A stretch of 64,000 bases of DNA from Chrysomallon squamiferum (taxonomy: Eukaryota; Animalia; Mollusca): contig CM022670.1 in assembly GCA_012295275.1 (NCBI GenBank), positions 30,194,001-30,258,000 of the forward strand. The letters run 5' to 3'. Every line of letters begins with the position of its first letter. Positions within the stretch are counted from its first letter, which is position 1. The notes below the pieces were generated by a model. That model ran no database searches, was not told the DNA's origin, and was given only the letters and a program-made list of their open reading frames with translations. Shown here in pieces: positions 1 through 14,521 of this stretch. Both the position numbers and the translations under genes were made by a program.

Positions 1-492
1 CTGTGAAGTATGAACAAGAATGTAAAAACATAAAAAAACCAAACAAAAAAAAGACAACAACCAGAATTCATAGCCTGCTTTGATGAAGGTATTTTCTACA
101 ATGTCCCAGTGCCCTGTACTAAACCACACTTATGACCTGTGATAACAGTTGTTAACCTCTCTACCTTGGAATTTCCTCTTCCTCTCACCTATTACACAGC
201 ACTCTGATTAGAATGGCCCAGTCCATGCTCTGGAAAAAGGGGTGGTCAGGTTTTAAAGAAAGAGTCTTGCCATACCTTGAATCGAGAAGGTCAATTAATG
301 GACAGCCTAAGGTAAATAGTACTTAATCAATGCAGTATAACATACAGCTAATGTGAACCAAATTGTCATTAAGAATAATGTGATAATAAATCTTTAACCA
401 ATAATGAGATTCTTGATTTTTTTGTTGAATATCTTCATAGACTGAGACTTGACTCCTCAGGTTAAACATTTATAATCAGCCTGTACAGTAAC

Positions 493-526
<34 letters not shown>

Positions 527-2283
527 CAATAATAATAGTAGAAGTATTAGTAGTAGTGTTGTTGTTCTTGTAGTAGTAACAACAAATAATATTAAAAGTA
601 ATAATTAACAAACCACAGAAATGCCTATATACTGATATTGTTAAAGAATATAATATTATTTATATATAACATCTAGACACTTCTTATTGTGAAAAATAAA
701 ATTAGTTTGTGTATGTGTCTGAGTAAAACCTTAATTAAAATAATATATACTATAATTATTTTGACAGAGATAACAAATGCAATGAAAAAGTTATATTTTA
801 ATAACTATATTCTATATCACCCTGATTTTGGATGGGACATTTAGACAAATCAGAAATAATAATGTTAACTCAACCATAGCAATGTGCGGTGACCCTACAA
901 GTAACAAATCCCATCAAGAATTATGCACTTACATATCAGGATTTATTCTTTTCATTTTGTGCTAAATACACGAAGGAAGTATGTTAACAAACTTAATTAG
1001 ATCATTAAAATTTTACTTTACAAAAGTAATAATTGCGTTTGCTTTCTTGTCTTGGGTAGGTAAACTTAAAACAATGTGTTTACTGTTCACTATAAGCAGG
1101 AGCAGTGGGTTTCTTCTGTTAAGCTTTTTATACAAATGATAATAGTTAATTTAAAATATAATGACAAGTAATTAGACAAATAAAATCTTCATATTATTTT
1201 GCATGTTGTAAAAAACAAAACAATACAAATTAATTTTCAACTAAGCATGAAACATTATTTTGTTACACATATTATATTTATTTTACAAACACATACAACT
1301 CTAATCCTTCAGGAAACTTTGTAACATTTAAAAGGTTTTGTATTAGTAACAAGATAACTCAGTATCTCAGACATTCCAGAATTTGTGCCATGTGATGTAC
1401 AGAGTCCAAATCCTGTTTGTAGTCAACAGTGAAAGTCACACAGACAGGCATTTAACCTGCATACAGAATTTACAGGTATGACTCATCTTCACCTGTTTTA
1501 TTATCTCTATCATCATCATGACATCCCTGAGATGTCACTGAGTCATCACGCACTGACTGGAATGTGATGAACTGTAGGTTGAAGTCCTTTTTGATGCATC
1601 CTTTGACTAATTTCACATTTCATCTAACCAATGTTATTTTCCAGTTAATTTCACAATTCAGAAAACCCCACATAACTACCAACTCTATGCAAAGGCTAAA
1701 GTTAAATGATTAATTGAAAAATATAAAAAAGTATAGCCTATAACATAGTAAGAGTTAATATGCAATATGATAATTTTTAAGATATTTTTCACTCAGCACT
1801 ATCCACTATTGTTACAAATATAACATTGTAAATATAAACATTGATTTGTTCTCATCATGCTAATAAACACATGCAGTAGCTGATGCTGTATAATTAACAC
1901 TTTCTGGAAACAGTTCACATAATGTAAATCTTATTAACTATCTGTGATGATCCTTACATAAATAAAGCAGATGGTTACTGCCAATCCTAATGATTTCATG
2001 CTAATTAATGTGATAGAAAAACAATTTGAATTCCTTTGTTATTTTTAATACCAATATGCTTACTTATGTGCACATTTACACGTCTATAACTGTGTATGTA
2101 TCTCGGTACATGTATAAAATTTAATGCAAAGCTCTGATTTAATACCTTAATATTTAAAAAAAATAATAACAAATAGAAATATGCATAAAGTTTTCAGGAA
2201 AAAAGTGATAGAAAAATAATTTTTGTATAGTAAAGAAAAGATTCTATATATAGGCCTATATATAGAGAGACACAACACTTATA

Positions 2284-2600
2284 CAGGGTGTCCCAAAAGT
2301 AACCAAACCGCAAACTTAAATAAAATTAGATATTAAAAACAACAAATTTAATCTGTATATTTACAAATGTTCAAAATATCTACCTTGAACTTCAATACAA
2401 TCATGATACCTTTTGATGAACTGTTTTTGGACAACCTTTTTGATTTACTCGGTACAGGTGTTCTAAAGTTTACTTCCCATCTTTCATCAACATGCTTGTA
2501 GCTAGTCATTGCATAGTAATTCTAAATAACGAAGATATGTTCGTTTAAATCTAAAGTTCTTCGCTGCATTTTTAAGAGTGAGGGCACCATTTCAAGTCAA
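2284..2600 (-). mobile_element. Internally deleted Tc1/mariner-superfamily relic (DUF4817-type HTH; maT/rosa-like)
   Basis: TA|CAGGGTGTCCCAAAA terminus at 2284. The minus strand encodes an N-terminal piece MQRRTLDLNEHIFVI*NYYAMTSYKHVDERWEVNFRTPVPSKS (ATG 2569) joined to a C-terminal piece FIKRYHDCIEVQGRYFEHL* (stop 2361-2363). The second TIR was not found, so the right boundary is approximate. Confidence 0.7.
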
Positions 2601-4663
2601 ACCATGGAGAGTCCAGTAGCATGTGCTAAAACAGAAGTCTCAATCACGAAGAACACTACAATCAGGTAACAAAAATCATTCCAAAGACTGAACAGGTAAT
2701 AAATATCTTGAAATACAGCATTTACAAACAGTCAAGCAGAATGTTCTTACACCAGGAAATGTCAGTTTTAAAATAAATTAATCAAGAAACAAATTGTGCA
2801 TGACTCTTTACATATGACTTTAAAGTAATTAATTTAAATCTATGCCCTAGTTGAAGATTTATGGGTTCCTTTGCAATAAAAATCAAAATAAAAAGATAGA
2901 AAGAAAAAGAATATAATGATGAAAAAATCAAAATGGAACAAAAATGACATTTAAAAAAATTGCCATGATGGACTGAGTAAATTATTAATCAAATAACATA
3001 TCCTGAGTCTGTCAAGCATTTGTCTTCTTAATAAACATTAAAACACACATTTCTCTTCACCCCTCTGTTTGAATAGAACAAATTTTGAAAAACAAAATAC
3101 CAGTTATGTGTAAATACAACAACTGTGTATGCCAGGGATATTTGCCACTCAATATTAATAACAAAAAATATTAAGACTTTTCCATTACGGCTGACAGGAA
3201 TTGTGAGTCTGATCTAATTTACAAGTAAAACAGTTACTATGTTAATCCAGCCAAGCAGAAAGTGTTGGAAATACCTTTGGCTATATAACAAGCCATTAAT
3301 CTGACTGCACTATAGATCCTAGCTGTTTGGACATTGCAAATGGTTACATCCATGTGAGGACTATATATAAGAAAATATCTTCAGTATATATGCCAAACAA
3401 GAGGTTTACAACTGGAAAGTGTCAAAACTTGAACAAAAGAAGAAAACTATAATAACAAAAACATGTGCTATACATGATGTCATGGTAAAGAAATATTAAA
3501 AAAATATATAATACCTTATGTTGGGTATACAATTAAAAAGATAACAAAAACAAGTACTGTAACTAATATTATTTGTGATGAAACATTTTAAAACATTTTA
3601 AAAACAAAAACATGTCTGTCATCTATACCTAAAATATACAGAAACAATAAATAAAATGTGATGTGCATATAAAAAAATGTAAATAAAATAAGTACTTACA
3701 CTGTCTTTTGTAAAAAAATAATTTTTAAATACAAAAACAAAAACAAGTGCTCTATCCTAAAAATGTAAATAAAAATAACCAAATTTCTTTGCTCTGTGTC
3801 ATGTATATGAAAATTAAAATAATAAAACAACAATAATAATAACAATTATAATACCAACAAATGCTGTACCCTATGTAATACAGTAGCTGTATAATTGTCT
3901 TTTTATATTACAAAAAAAAAAAACATATGCTGTATTTCCTATGGCATGTTAAAAGTTACCATATTAAATTCTTCTCTTTTAAAAAAAAAAAAAATAACAA
4001 AACAATCTCATACTAATGAATTTTTTTCTTGGTAATAGTGATTTTTTTTCTATTTTTATTTAAAATAAAAGAACATCCTGTTTTTCTTCAAAATATCAGT
4101 AAACATAAGAACAATAAATGAATTTAAAATTTCTTCACATACACTGCTAAATAATTATTTGCTTTAATTAATTTTGGAGGTGGTTTAAGAATCATTTTGT
4201 GGATCATCTCTGCCCCAAATACAAAATATAATTACTGGTAATGTAAAATTTTCTTTTATAAAGACTTCACAAAATGCTTTAAAAGACTAAGTAGGTATAA
4301 ACATATTTATACACCAGATGTAGCAGGTTATACTGGAAAGGAGATTTTATTTTAAAATATAGAAGTCTGATTTTAAACGTAATCTTTATTTTTCTTATTT
4401 ATTTATTTATTTTAACATTAAAGTCAAAGATAATTACACAAAACCAGATAAATGAATAGTTAAGTAGAATACATACAAGTAAGAAAACAAAATCATAATT
4501 TAAAAACATATATAATACAAAGATAAAAATTACATTGCTGCTTGTAAATAAAATACCGTCATTAACATTTCCAAGGAGAAAATCAAACCTACACAGAACT
4601 AATAATACTATGTGTGTACAGTATAAAGAGATATAACAAAAACCAAAACTATACTGAAACTAC

Positions 4664-4822
4664 CTGAAGCTTTCGCCTCTTCTCTGAATAGGTTTCATTT
4701 TGCTGCTTTGTTCTTGGCTACTTTTTGATTCACAGTAAACAACACTGTCATCCTGAAACTTAGCAGCAGGATTCACTGTCTTTAATGGGTAGGATGGTCT
4801 CAGGCTAGATTCCAAATTACCC
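4664..4822 (-). CDS. Candidate internal coding exon of an unidentified host gene (159 nt, phase 2-2)
   Basis: Minus-strand acceptor ttttttaatatttgcag| and donor TTCAG|gtagtt. Length is a multiple of 3 with a stop-free frame GNLESSLRPSYPLKTVNPAAKFQDDSVVYCESKSSQEQSSKMKPIQRRGESF, and GC is higher than in the flanks. No homology recognised. Confidence 0.5.
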
Positions 4823-5818
4823 CTGCAAATATTAAAAAAGAAACTGTAATTGGGGTTATTTAATTCACATACTATATTGGTTGAAAAGAATGTCCATATC
4901 TGTTTATCCAGAGAATTAGAAAGCCTGATAAAACAGATAAGACAGACAGATAGAAATAAACAGGCAGGCAGTCAGACAGACAGAAAGACTGAATATGTTT
5001 TTTAATTTGATGAAAACAGGCTAATTAAAGAAAAATTAAAAGATGTATAAAGATACACAGACAGACTGGAGAGAACTGACAGAGATATATCATATAGATG
5101 TGTATACAAAACAGACATTTAAAACAAATTATTTAAAAAATATTATGATCTTATACATGAACTTATTTATCATGAAAAAGAATAATTCAGGATTTACAGA
5201 ATATTTGTTCAGTTTTAGCAATTGGAGAGTGATGTCACGAACATGTGAATAATTATAACTGATAATGAATATTTTTTATTTATTTTATTATTTTATTTTA
5301 ATTTTTGTTTTTTCGTTTTTTAATTTATTGGATGAATATTTTTCTTTATTAGTTTACAACTAAACATAATTAATTTAGTAATCTTAATTTTCATTTTTCA
5401 GACTGGCTTTATATATGCTTGAAATATTTCCCTGGAATATAAACACCTGAATATACATTAGTCATCATGCATTTCAAACTTCATGATACAAGAAACTAGA
5501 TAATAATAATAATTTTGATGACTGTAATATATATATTTATACACACACATGCACACACACGTTACAAATTATATAACCATTGTAATGTGGTATAAAATAT
5601 CAAAAATCATAATAATAAAAATATATTTGAAATGTTTGCAGTATAAAACAAGTGTATGTGCATTTGTATATAGATACGGCTTACTCCCATCTGGTAGAAT
5701 TCCCAGTTTGTTGAAAGACTAAATATGGTTCATTGGTGTTACTGACATGCATGTTTTTACCTCAGTCATAATAATGAATGTTCTGGATTATTTAAAACCG
5801 ATTATTATTGTATAAATA

Positions 5819-6191
5819 CAGTAATACCTTGCTTAACGATATCCCACTTGAACAATCTTTTTTCTTTACTAATTATATAAATAGAAATTTAATAATTAAT
5901 TGCTCAAAATAAATGGTACAAATGGGTACAATGCATGTGTTTAAGTCAGTTTTCATTCATTCATGAGCTTCTCTTAGCTATGTTGATCAGTTGACATCCA
6001 GACGTCATATTTACATCTGATATTCTGATTCTCTTTTCTCTTCTGCCTCGATTTAGACTTAACACTTTTGTAATTTACCCTTCCAATATGTCAAAACAAT
6101 GCTGATGGTAAAAAGAAATGGAAGACAATAACTTTAGAAACAAAATACGATATCTTAAATTTGGAACCAATTGGAATCTGAGGTATTACTG
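5819..6191. mobile_element. TA-flanked Tc1/mariner-pogo-type MITE embedded in MULE arm (internally deleted copy)
   Basis: TA|CAGTAATACCTTGCTTAACGAT ... TGAGGTATTACTG|TA inverted termini. Confidence 0.7.
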
Positions 6192-6326
6192 TAGTATGGA
6201 TATCACTTCTCACATAGAGTATGCAAATATGACAAATATTGAAATAATCAATGTATCGAATGTAGTGAATGTAAATAATTAAAAAAGAAGGTATTGATCT
6301 AAGAAAATTTATTTCCCAAAAAGCAA

Positions 6327-7567
6327 TCATTGCAGCTTCATGAAGTGACCAATGGCATCCAGGTAATGCAGGAGTGTCCTGGTTCTGACAGTGAGCTGCT
6401 GTGTGAGGAGAATGACTGTTGTCAAGATCCCAGTGGACTCTCTTCCTCGGTGCTGGTGCAGCTCCAGCATTCAGCTGCATAACTTTGCTCTTTCGCATTT
6501 CTCAATGCCCTTGATCAAGTCAACAAATCCGTAAACATTTGAATGTTGATGAGTAAGCAGCCTGCTGACCTTCAAATGGAAACCTTCCAGATTTTTGTTC
6601 GTTCTTGGGCCAGCATTGGTGAAGTGATTCCACATGCCAAGAGAAAATCTTGCATCATCGTCCACCCATATTGTCACCACATAATCGTTAAATTCAACAG
6701 CTCTGGATCCTGCTGGGTTTATTTCCCTTGCACCGAACCATGTGTTCTGGACCTCATTCATCAGAAATAGTGGCAGACCAGCAACTCTTCTCATCCAGGT
6801 TTTCTTGGCATCATCATTCTTGTACTGTTCCGCTAAGCCTATCTGTTGGATCTTGCGCCATATGCGTAGTGTAACATGCAGCCTTTGATGTCTGCATTAG
6901 GAAACAACTGTTAAACTGCATGGATAGCTGCCATTTCAAAGTCTGTCTGTATACAATTGGGATTCAGTATTTGCTTGAACAGGTGCTGAACGTGGGTTTT
7001 CAGGTTCTCAAACAGATGAATGTAGTTAGTAATCTGTGGTCTGGAAGCAAGGCATGTAGGATGTAGAGTTGGATTCAAAGCTGTGGACAGCAGGAGAATG
7101 TACAATCCATACAGATCTTGTCCACTTGTTGGAAAAGCCTCAGTTGATTTTCTGTAGAGAAGACAACCATCTTGTCTGCATCGCCATCACTGAATAGCAA
7201 CCACAGACCCTGCAGATTGACACCTTGGAGTGTCTGAACTCTTGAGTGGGGATTTCAGTGATGTCTTCCTTCATTAGCTCGGAGTTGAAGATCTGTTACA
7301 TAGATGTTGTTTTGGTTTGTGCTCTCTTTCTCATTGTACTAATGAACTTGATAGTAGTTTCATTATTTGGAGGATGGTCATGACAGAAGCAGTTTTTAAC
7401 AAAACCAGCAACTGTGGTGATCGTTCCGATGACACAGTGTCGATTGGTGCATCCCCAATATGTGGTTTCTTCATTAACACTATTTTGACTTTATGTATAA
7501 CCATCTAACAAAACGTGTGATTTTCCAGGACTTGCCTGTACAAATTCTACCTTGTGTAACCTGCTAT
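6327..7567 (-). pseudogene. MULE transposase pseudogene (copy 1)
   Basis: Fragments CIQTDFEMAAIHAV, MRRVAGLPL..., WNHFTNAGPRTNKNLEGFH and QLNAGAAPAPRKRV. Several deletions and frameshifts relative to 48390-49757; start codon mutated to ATA. Confidence 0.9.
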
Positions 7568-7733
7568 TCTCACTAAGTTAGCTGGATCTATATAATGTCT
7601 GTCCTGTACAGGTGTAAAACTGATCTTCCCCAACCAAAACACAACCTCTGCTTTTATTGCCCAGGAAAGACCACTTAGGGGTCTCTTAACATTCCTGTCC
7701 TGGGATTATGGTGCCGAGATTGTGCCGAGATTG

Positions 7734-9180
7734 ATAAATACAGTAATACCTCGCTTAACGATATCCTGCTTGAACAATCTTTTTTCTTTACTAATTATAT
7801 AAATAGAAATTTAATAATGAATTGCTCGAAATAAATGATAAAAATGGGTTTACGTCCGTTTTCATTCGTTTTTCATTCATTCACGAGCTTCTCTCAGCTG
7901 TGTTGATCAGCTGCACGTCATACGTGCATCTGATATTCCAATTCTCTTTTGTCTTCTGCTTTGGTTTAGACTTAACTCTTTTGTAATTTACCCTTCCAAC
8001 ATGTCAGATATAACAGTATACTGGCGAATGCTGATGACAATAACTTTAGAAACAAAATACATTATTTTAAATGAAACCAAACCCACAAAAAATGAACCCA
8101 CAATGAGCGGCATATAATTATTTCTTAATGTATTTGTATAAACTGATTTGTAAACGATTTACTGTTTACTTGATATCTATAATCTATTAAATCATTTATG
8201 TCTAAACTGCTGTTTGATTTCTCCTTATTTCACCTTTTTTTATGTCAAATTTCATCAGTGAGAAAGTAACCACTGTTTTTAAACCTTAATTCTATGTAAA
8301 TTAGTGTCCTACTTAACGATACCTCACTTAACTATCGGAAATTTGGAACTAAATTACATCTTTAATCTGAGGTATTATTGTAGTATGGATATCATTTATC
8401 GCATAAAGTATGCAAATATGATAAATATCAAAATAATCTATGGTTTAATTCAAACAGTTAATGATAAATATTCTATTTACTGAATATAAGTAAATTACTC
8501 ATATGTAAAATAAGTTTTCTCAAAATTATATTGCTGAATAAAATTATTTATAATTATATTTTTATCATTTTCTTTTACAGAAGCAAGCCATGAGAATTAA
8601 AAAAAACATATCATGCCGCTTTTTTCTTTTCTTTTATTTATTTTTTAATAGACAGATGAAATTAATGTAAAATTGTTTATTATTGATCGGTTGTTTTGTA
8701 ATGGAAAGGAAATGTTTTTGAATTAGAAATGACCAGCTTAAATAATAATAATAAGAAGAAGAAGAAGAAGAAGAAGAAGAAAAAGAAGAATACAAATAAG
8801 AATAAGAATAATATGAATATGAATAATAATAACAATAACAATATTAATAGTAATAATATTATAATAATAATAATGTTGATGATGATGATTATGATGATGA
8901 TAATGAGGAGGAGGAAGATGATGAAATAATGAAAAAGTAAAAAATCTACAACAATTGAGTAGTGAATGCTTATTCTGCTTTCGGTTGATGTTACATAATT
9001 GATTTAGGAAGAATGCACTCCGCTCTGAATGTTAGAATCACCTGTCACTTTATGTCAGCAGAACAAGAATAAAGAAACAAGATGTATGTAGGCCAATTTC
9101 ATTACATACAGAGGTAATCTGTTATTGTGGTAGATGAGTTTTTTCGTTGAAATGGGAATTCTACCAGTTGGGAAGACACC
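7734..9180 (-). mobile_element. Non-autonomous derivative of the same MULE family nested inside copy 1 (one end truncated)
   Basis: Repeats the left-arm sequence (cf. 5812 and 47583 onward), jumps to right-arm sequence at ~8440 with no transposase, and ends in TIR GGGAATTCTACCAGTTGGGAAGACACC at 9180. The outer element then resumes (CACAAAACACCATGGAG, cf. 50137). Contains the embedded MITE at 7741-8380. Confidence 0.85.
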
Positions 9181-10580
9181 CACAAAACACCATGGAGAAA
9201 CTATGAAGAATGTCTTCATTCTGCAGTGATAACATTACAGTAGGAAGCTGAGAGGTGATTGGTGTAGTATGCAGATTACTGGCAGGTTTGAAATGAAAGA
9301 TGTGGAGACATTGTCATATAATGGCAGGACGCATAAACTAATAACTGATATCACCCACAGCTGTATTCCACATCACAAATATTAACAATACCTCTTTCAT
9401 CTCAATTCAGATAATCATGTGTTCCTGCATGATGACTAAATCCAAGTGCAAATATTAAAATAAAACTAGGGACAACATGTGTCTAGAAAAAAGAAAAAAA
9501 ATTTAGAATAAATAAAATTAAATTAAACAAAGTATTCCCAATGATTTGGTTCTTCATATAAACTTTTTTAGTCATAGCCAAAGTATTTGCAGGTCAGTAT
9601 ATTAATAGTATGTACACTAAAGATATTATATGTCACATAATATATGTGCACAATGTGAATATGTATGTGTGCATAACATAAATATGCTCAGTAATATGTA
9701 TCTTGTATATGTTTAAGCTGAATGTGGTTTAATTCGAACAGTTAATGATAAATATAATGTTCACATATTCTATTTACTGAACATAAGTAAATTACTCGTA
9801 TGTAAAATAAATATTTTTAAAATCATATTTCTGAATACAATTAGTTATTATAATATTTTTGTCATTTTCTTTTACAGAAGCAAACCATGAGAATTAAAAA
9901 AAAAAACATCATGATCGTGCCATTTTTTTTCTTTTTAATAGATCGATGAAATTGACGTAAAAATGTTTATTATTGGTCGGTTCTACTTTAAAAGATTTAT
10001 CTGCTGTTTTGTAATGGAAAGGAAAAGTTTATAAATTAGAAATCCCAACTTAAATACTACTACTTATAATAATAAGAATAAGAAAAATACAAATAATAAT
10101 AATAACAATAATAATAATAATAACGACGATAATAATAATAGTAATAATATTATAATAATAATAATGTTGATGATGATTATGGTGATGATAATGAGGAGGA
10201 GGAAGATGATGATAATAATAATGGAAAAGTAAAAAATCTATAACAAGTGAGTAGTGAACGCTTATTCTGCTTTCGGTTGATGTTACATAATCAATTTATG
10301 AACAATGCACTCTGCTCTGAATGTTAGAATCAGGCGTCACTTTATATCAGCAGAACAAGAATAAAAAACCTGGATGTATGTACAGGCCAAGTTCATTACA
10401 TGCAGAGATAATGAAGTATTGTGGCAGATGAGTTATTCTGATGAACTGGAATTCGACCAGATGGGTAGACACCATAGATACATATGTCTTTGGTGTGTAT
10501 GAGTGTGTGTCTGTGTTTTTCTCATTAGTGGTAACAATTTTCTGATCATCATAATTGAATTCTACAATATAAACATTTAG

Positions 10581-10612
<32 letters not shown>

Positions 10613-12268
10613 ATAGTGTGACAGTGCCAACCTAACATATCCAATCAGTATGTAAGAAATAATAAAATGTTGAAACCAAAACTTACAAAAGCACCATGAC
10701 TGAAACAACAATTTTTGTATTACCTCTTTAGGATATATATACTGAGTGGACTCCCAACCTGTTAGCAGGAGGTTAGGTATACACTTGATGTGGAGTTGAT
10801 GTGTCACTTCACAACCAGCAGTGATTTTCTACACATCTATATTATATATACTATACATACACATACACTTCTCCCCTGTCATACTCATTCACACATATAC
10901 ATATTCTTTGACGATATACCTATCAACTATACCAACTGAAACACTGACAGATAGTTTCAACTGTATCACATAGATAACAAATAAAACTCCTGATGTCTGT
11001 TATTATTACATAGAACACTGTTATTATTATATGCACCTATGCAAAAGAGAAAAAAACAACCTATAAGTATTAGGCCCTATATGATGTATCAATTTACTCA
11101 ATCTCCATCAATGACTTTATTTTATGTATGGACTTGATTGCCTTAAATGTCCAGTAGAACAAAATACAATGATAAATTTCGAAAAAGTACAAAAAGAGAC
11201 TAAAAGTAAATTCTTCACAGTGAAATAAGAATATAACACTATAACCAATAAAACACACAGTGTATTTGAATCTTAGCTTATGTACACAGTACTCCTGTAC
11301 TAAAAACAAATCCAGTGAATCACATTATGAAAATTCCAAATCAGAGATTTTCATCAGAACATACCTATGCATTTCACTGGAACAGGAAGAAAGAAAGAAC
11401 AAAAACAAAATCAATTATCCCAGAGGCTGTTTTGATTTTCTTTAGTCCAAGCACAAGTGAAGAGAATTCTCAGCTTCTCTTACTGAGAGCACTGTCCACC
11501 AGAAACAAGCAGTCAACATGCACTCACACTTCAGTGATTGGTCTATAAAAATCAACACCTTCTGGGGTCATTTCACAGTTGGTCAGATATGTAGGTAACC
11601 ACAACTCATTGCACTGACCACATACCATGGTGAGGGTTTAGTGGAACAGGCTTCATAACATTACCATGAGACTGCCTTTATAATATTATCAGGCATTGCT
11701 TGACATTATTATACACAGGCATCTAGGCTAATATGATGGGTGTTACATAACTGCTAAGTATTATTTGAAATTATATGATAGTGAGTGATGGGATAACACT
11801 AGTTAAGAGGGTGTGGGATGTATGTTTGTGGATATGAAAATTCAAATTATTATTAGCAAGAAAAGATGGGTAATTGAAACAAAATTTTCTTAGTTTGCAG
11901 GATGATAATATTCAAGGAACATGGTGGAATTTAAATTAATTAAACAACCTGGTTTATGTTTAGACATGATGGTATCAGGAGCTGTCATGGTGACTAGGCA
12001 TTGATAGATAATTCTAAACTAATTAAGCCTATTTGGTTACTTTAACTTTCTAACAAATCTTTTAGTTATTAAAATAAGTTATCTTAGTTTGTTTCTTAGT
12101 TTTTCAAGCATAAGTAAATACACAATAAAATATCCAACAGAAATATACTTGACCATCTTTTATCAATCAATATGTATGCTACATAAAAATACATTTAAAC
12201 CATAATTACCATTGCCCAAGTGGTTCTTTGTCATGAATACAGGCCCCTCAGACAACATGTCCCAAGAT

Positions 12269-13412
12269 GCTGTCTTCCCATCTGGTCAAATTCCCAGTTC
12301 GTTGAAATAACTTGTCTACCCAAATACCTGGTCAAAATAACTTGTCTACCCAAATACCTGATTACCTCTGTATGTAATGATCTTGGCCTATTCATGTTCA
12401 AGTTTTGATTACAGAAGGACAATGGTTTATTTACCAATATACATATATCTGGTTTCTTTATTCTTCTGCTGCCATATATTTGCACTTGATTCTAACATTC
12501 AGGGCAGAGCACATTTTTTTGTAAATCGATTATGTAACATCAACTGAAAGCAGAACAAGCGTTCACTACTCATTTGTTGTATATTATGTACTTTTCCAAT
12601 CACAGCCAAGATGTTGCAGGTCATGAGTTCGATCTTCTTCTGCTTATTATCATTATTATCATTATCATAATCATCATAATTATCATCATTATCATCATCA
12701 TCAACATTATTATTATTGTTGTTGTTATTTAATCTAGTCATTACTAATTCATCAACATTTCTTTTCCATTAAAAAACAACAACAAAAAAAACAAAAAACA
12801 AAATCCTGAATTTTATGGTCCATTAAAAACAAATTTCATTAAACACACATCACAGAGAAAATTCTAGATTTGTACAATATTATTACAACACTGTACCAAT
12901 TACTGAACTTATTGAAACATCAGACACATGTGTTTTTAATATGATATTTTTTAGATGAACAACTTCTTTTTTAATTATTTACATTCAACTACATTCAGTA
13001 AATGGACTATTTTGATATTTTCTTATTTGCATACTTTATGGAATAAGCAATATCCATACTACATTATACCTCAGATTAACAATGTAATTGGTTCCAAATT
13101 TTCAATCGTTAAGTCAGATATTGTTAAGCAGGAGACTAATTTACATAGAATTAAGGTTAAAAAGAAATGCCTCAAAAGCAGAAATAAAATGGCAATTTAG
13201 ACATAAATGATTTAATAGATCATAGATATTAAACAAACAGTAAATCATTTACAAATACATTAAGAAATAATTATATTCCTCTCATTTTGTGTTCATTTTT
13301 GTGGGTTTTGTGTTCATTTAATATATCATATTTTGTTTCTAAAATTATTGTCTTTCATTTCTTTTTATCATTAGCATTATCATATACTGTTATTCATTTT
13401 GTCATACTGGAT
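12269..13412 (+). mobile_element. Truncated non-autonomous MULE-family copy (opposite orientation)
   Basis: Starts GCTGTCTTCCCATCTGGTCAAATTCCCAGTTCG and is closely similar to 60650-61583. Has a 27-bp internal tandem duplication near 12306-12360. The second end is missing. Confidence 0.88.
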
Positions 13413-13999
13413 ATTTTGCCGAATATTTACAGACATTGCAGACAGCCTTTCTGAATTTACTTTGGAACTTAAAGGCCAATTTTGAGTTTCTTAGTTTATA
13501 AAATAATGGAACTTCCTCTAATTATATAATACAGCTTCTAAACAGTCCATGGATGTCTGCATATTCTCTGCTATTACGTTTTATATAATTACCCTCATTT
13601 TCTGATATTAATTAGCTAAACATTGAAGAACTGAAAAAATATGAATTTATAAACATGATTATACAGGATAGTTAAATAAATATTACTGTAATATAATAAT
13701 ATACATAATATAACATGTAACAGACATTCTGGTTTAAATGGGCATATAAATATAAGTGTTTTGTGAATATTATTTAATTTATTAGATAGAAAACAAAATT
13801 ATGATTAAAAACAAGTCTGGCAAAGAGGCACAATGAGGTTCCATCACAGAAGTATCATACAAAGTCTTGAAATTTATGTCAAGATAGTTCAGAACTGGAA
13901 AAACAAAAGTTTGAAAAAATTAATTTTAGTTCTAGAAAACAGTGATATTAAAATAACTGCACCAAAACAACATTAACAACAACAGTAGTAAATTGTTAG

Positions 14000-14193
14000 T
14001 GCTTTTAACAGCTACTGCCACCACTACACTATTATCACAACCATTACTCTACAATATTACTGCTACTACCACCACCACCACCACCATCACATCTACTACT
14101 ACTACTACTACTAATAATAATATCTCCATCATGTCTACTACAACTATTACTACAACCAACACCATTACCTACAACCAACACCATTACCGTACC
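14000..14193. repeat. Degenerate (ACT/ACC)n trinucleotide low-complexity tract
   Basis: Runs of act/acc/aca triplets; the tract resumes after 14521. Confidence 0.8.
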
Positions 14194-14521
14194 AGTTGTA
14201 GGAAAAAATAGCACCGGAAATAATGGCACCTGGAAGAAATGGCACTGTGTAGATTTGGAAAAAATGGCACCCCATTTATTTTTCTGTATAATTGCTTTGA
14301 TAAAAAAATTTAAAAGTACTTCTGAAAATACTGTTTATTCATACATACAGACATGTTCATACAGATGTACATAATGTAAATACGCATAACATAGCATAAA
14401 ATAAATGTATATGTGTAATATTAAACTCTGCACTTTTAAGTTTTTTTTTAATCTAAAAGAATAAAAAAGGTGACAATTTTTTCCAGTGACATTTTTCCCA
14501 CTGCCATTTTTTCTGTACCCC
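14194..14521. mobile_element. 328-bp Mutator-like foldback MITE (family 2)
   Basis: Subterminal tandem GGAAAAAATGGCAC motifs on the left and their complement on the right. TSD ACCGTACC / ACCATACC (7/8). Shares internal sequence with 42240-42462. Confidence 0.8.

Larger units (their letters stand above)
5678..10473 (-). mobile_element. FLYWCH/MULE (Phantom-like Mutator) DNA transposon, degraded copy 1 with nested same-family insertion
   Basis: Ends GGCTTACTCCCATCTGGTAGAATTCCCAG and GGAATTCGACCAGATGGGTAGACACC. Exact 8-bp TSD ATAGATAC at 5670-5677 and 10474-10481. Colinear with the copy at 47448-51385. Confidence 0.93.

Noticed and set aside
1480-1630. Possible further minus-strand exon (..SVRDDSVTSQGCHDDDRDNKT)
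   Set aside because: No convincing acceptor in a phase compatible with exon 4664-4822.
4664-4700. QRRGESF as the PDE4 UCR1 RRESF motif
   Set aside because: It has an extra residue and no surrounding similarity, which is not enough to name the gene.
8729-8929. Poly-N/K/M ORFs (also 12499, 50956, 60816)
   Set aside because: Translations of the microsatellite in the MULE arm.
11533-11552. ATTGG plus TATAAAAA promoter-like motif
   Set aside because: Spacing is too short, such motifs are common by chance in AT-rich DNA, and no downstream gene is evident.
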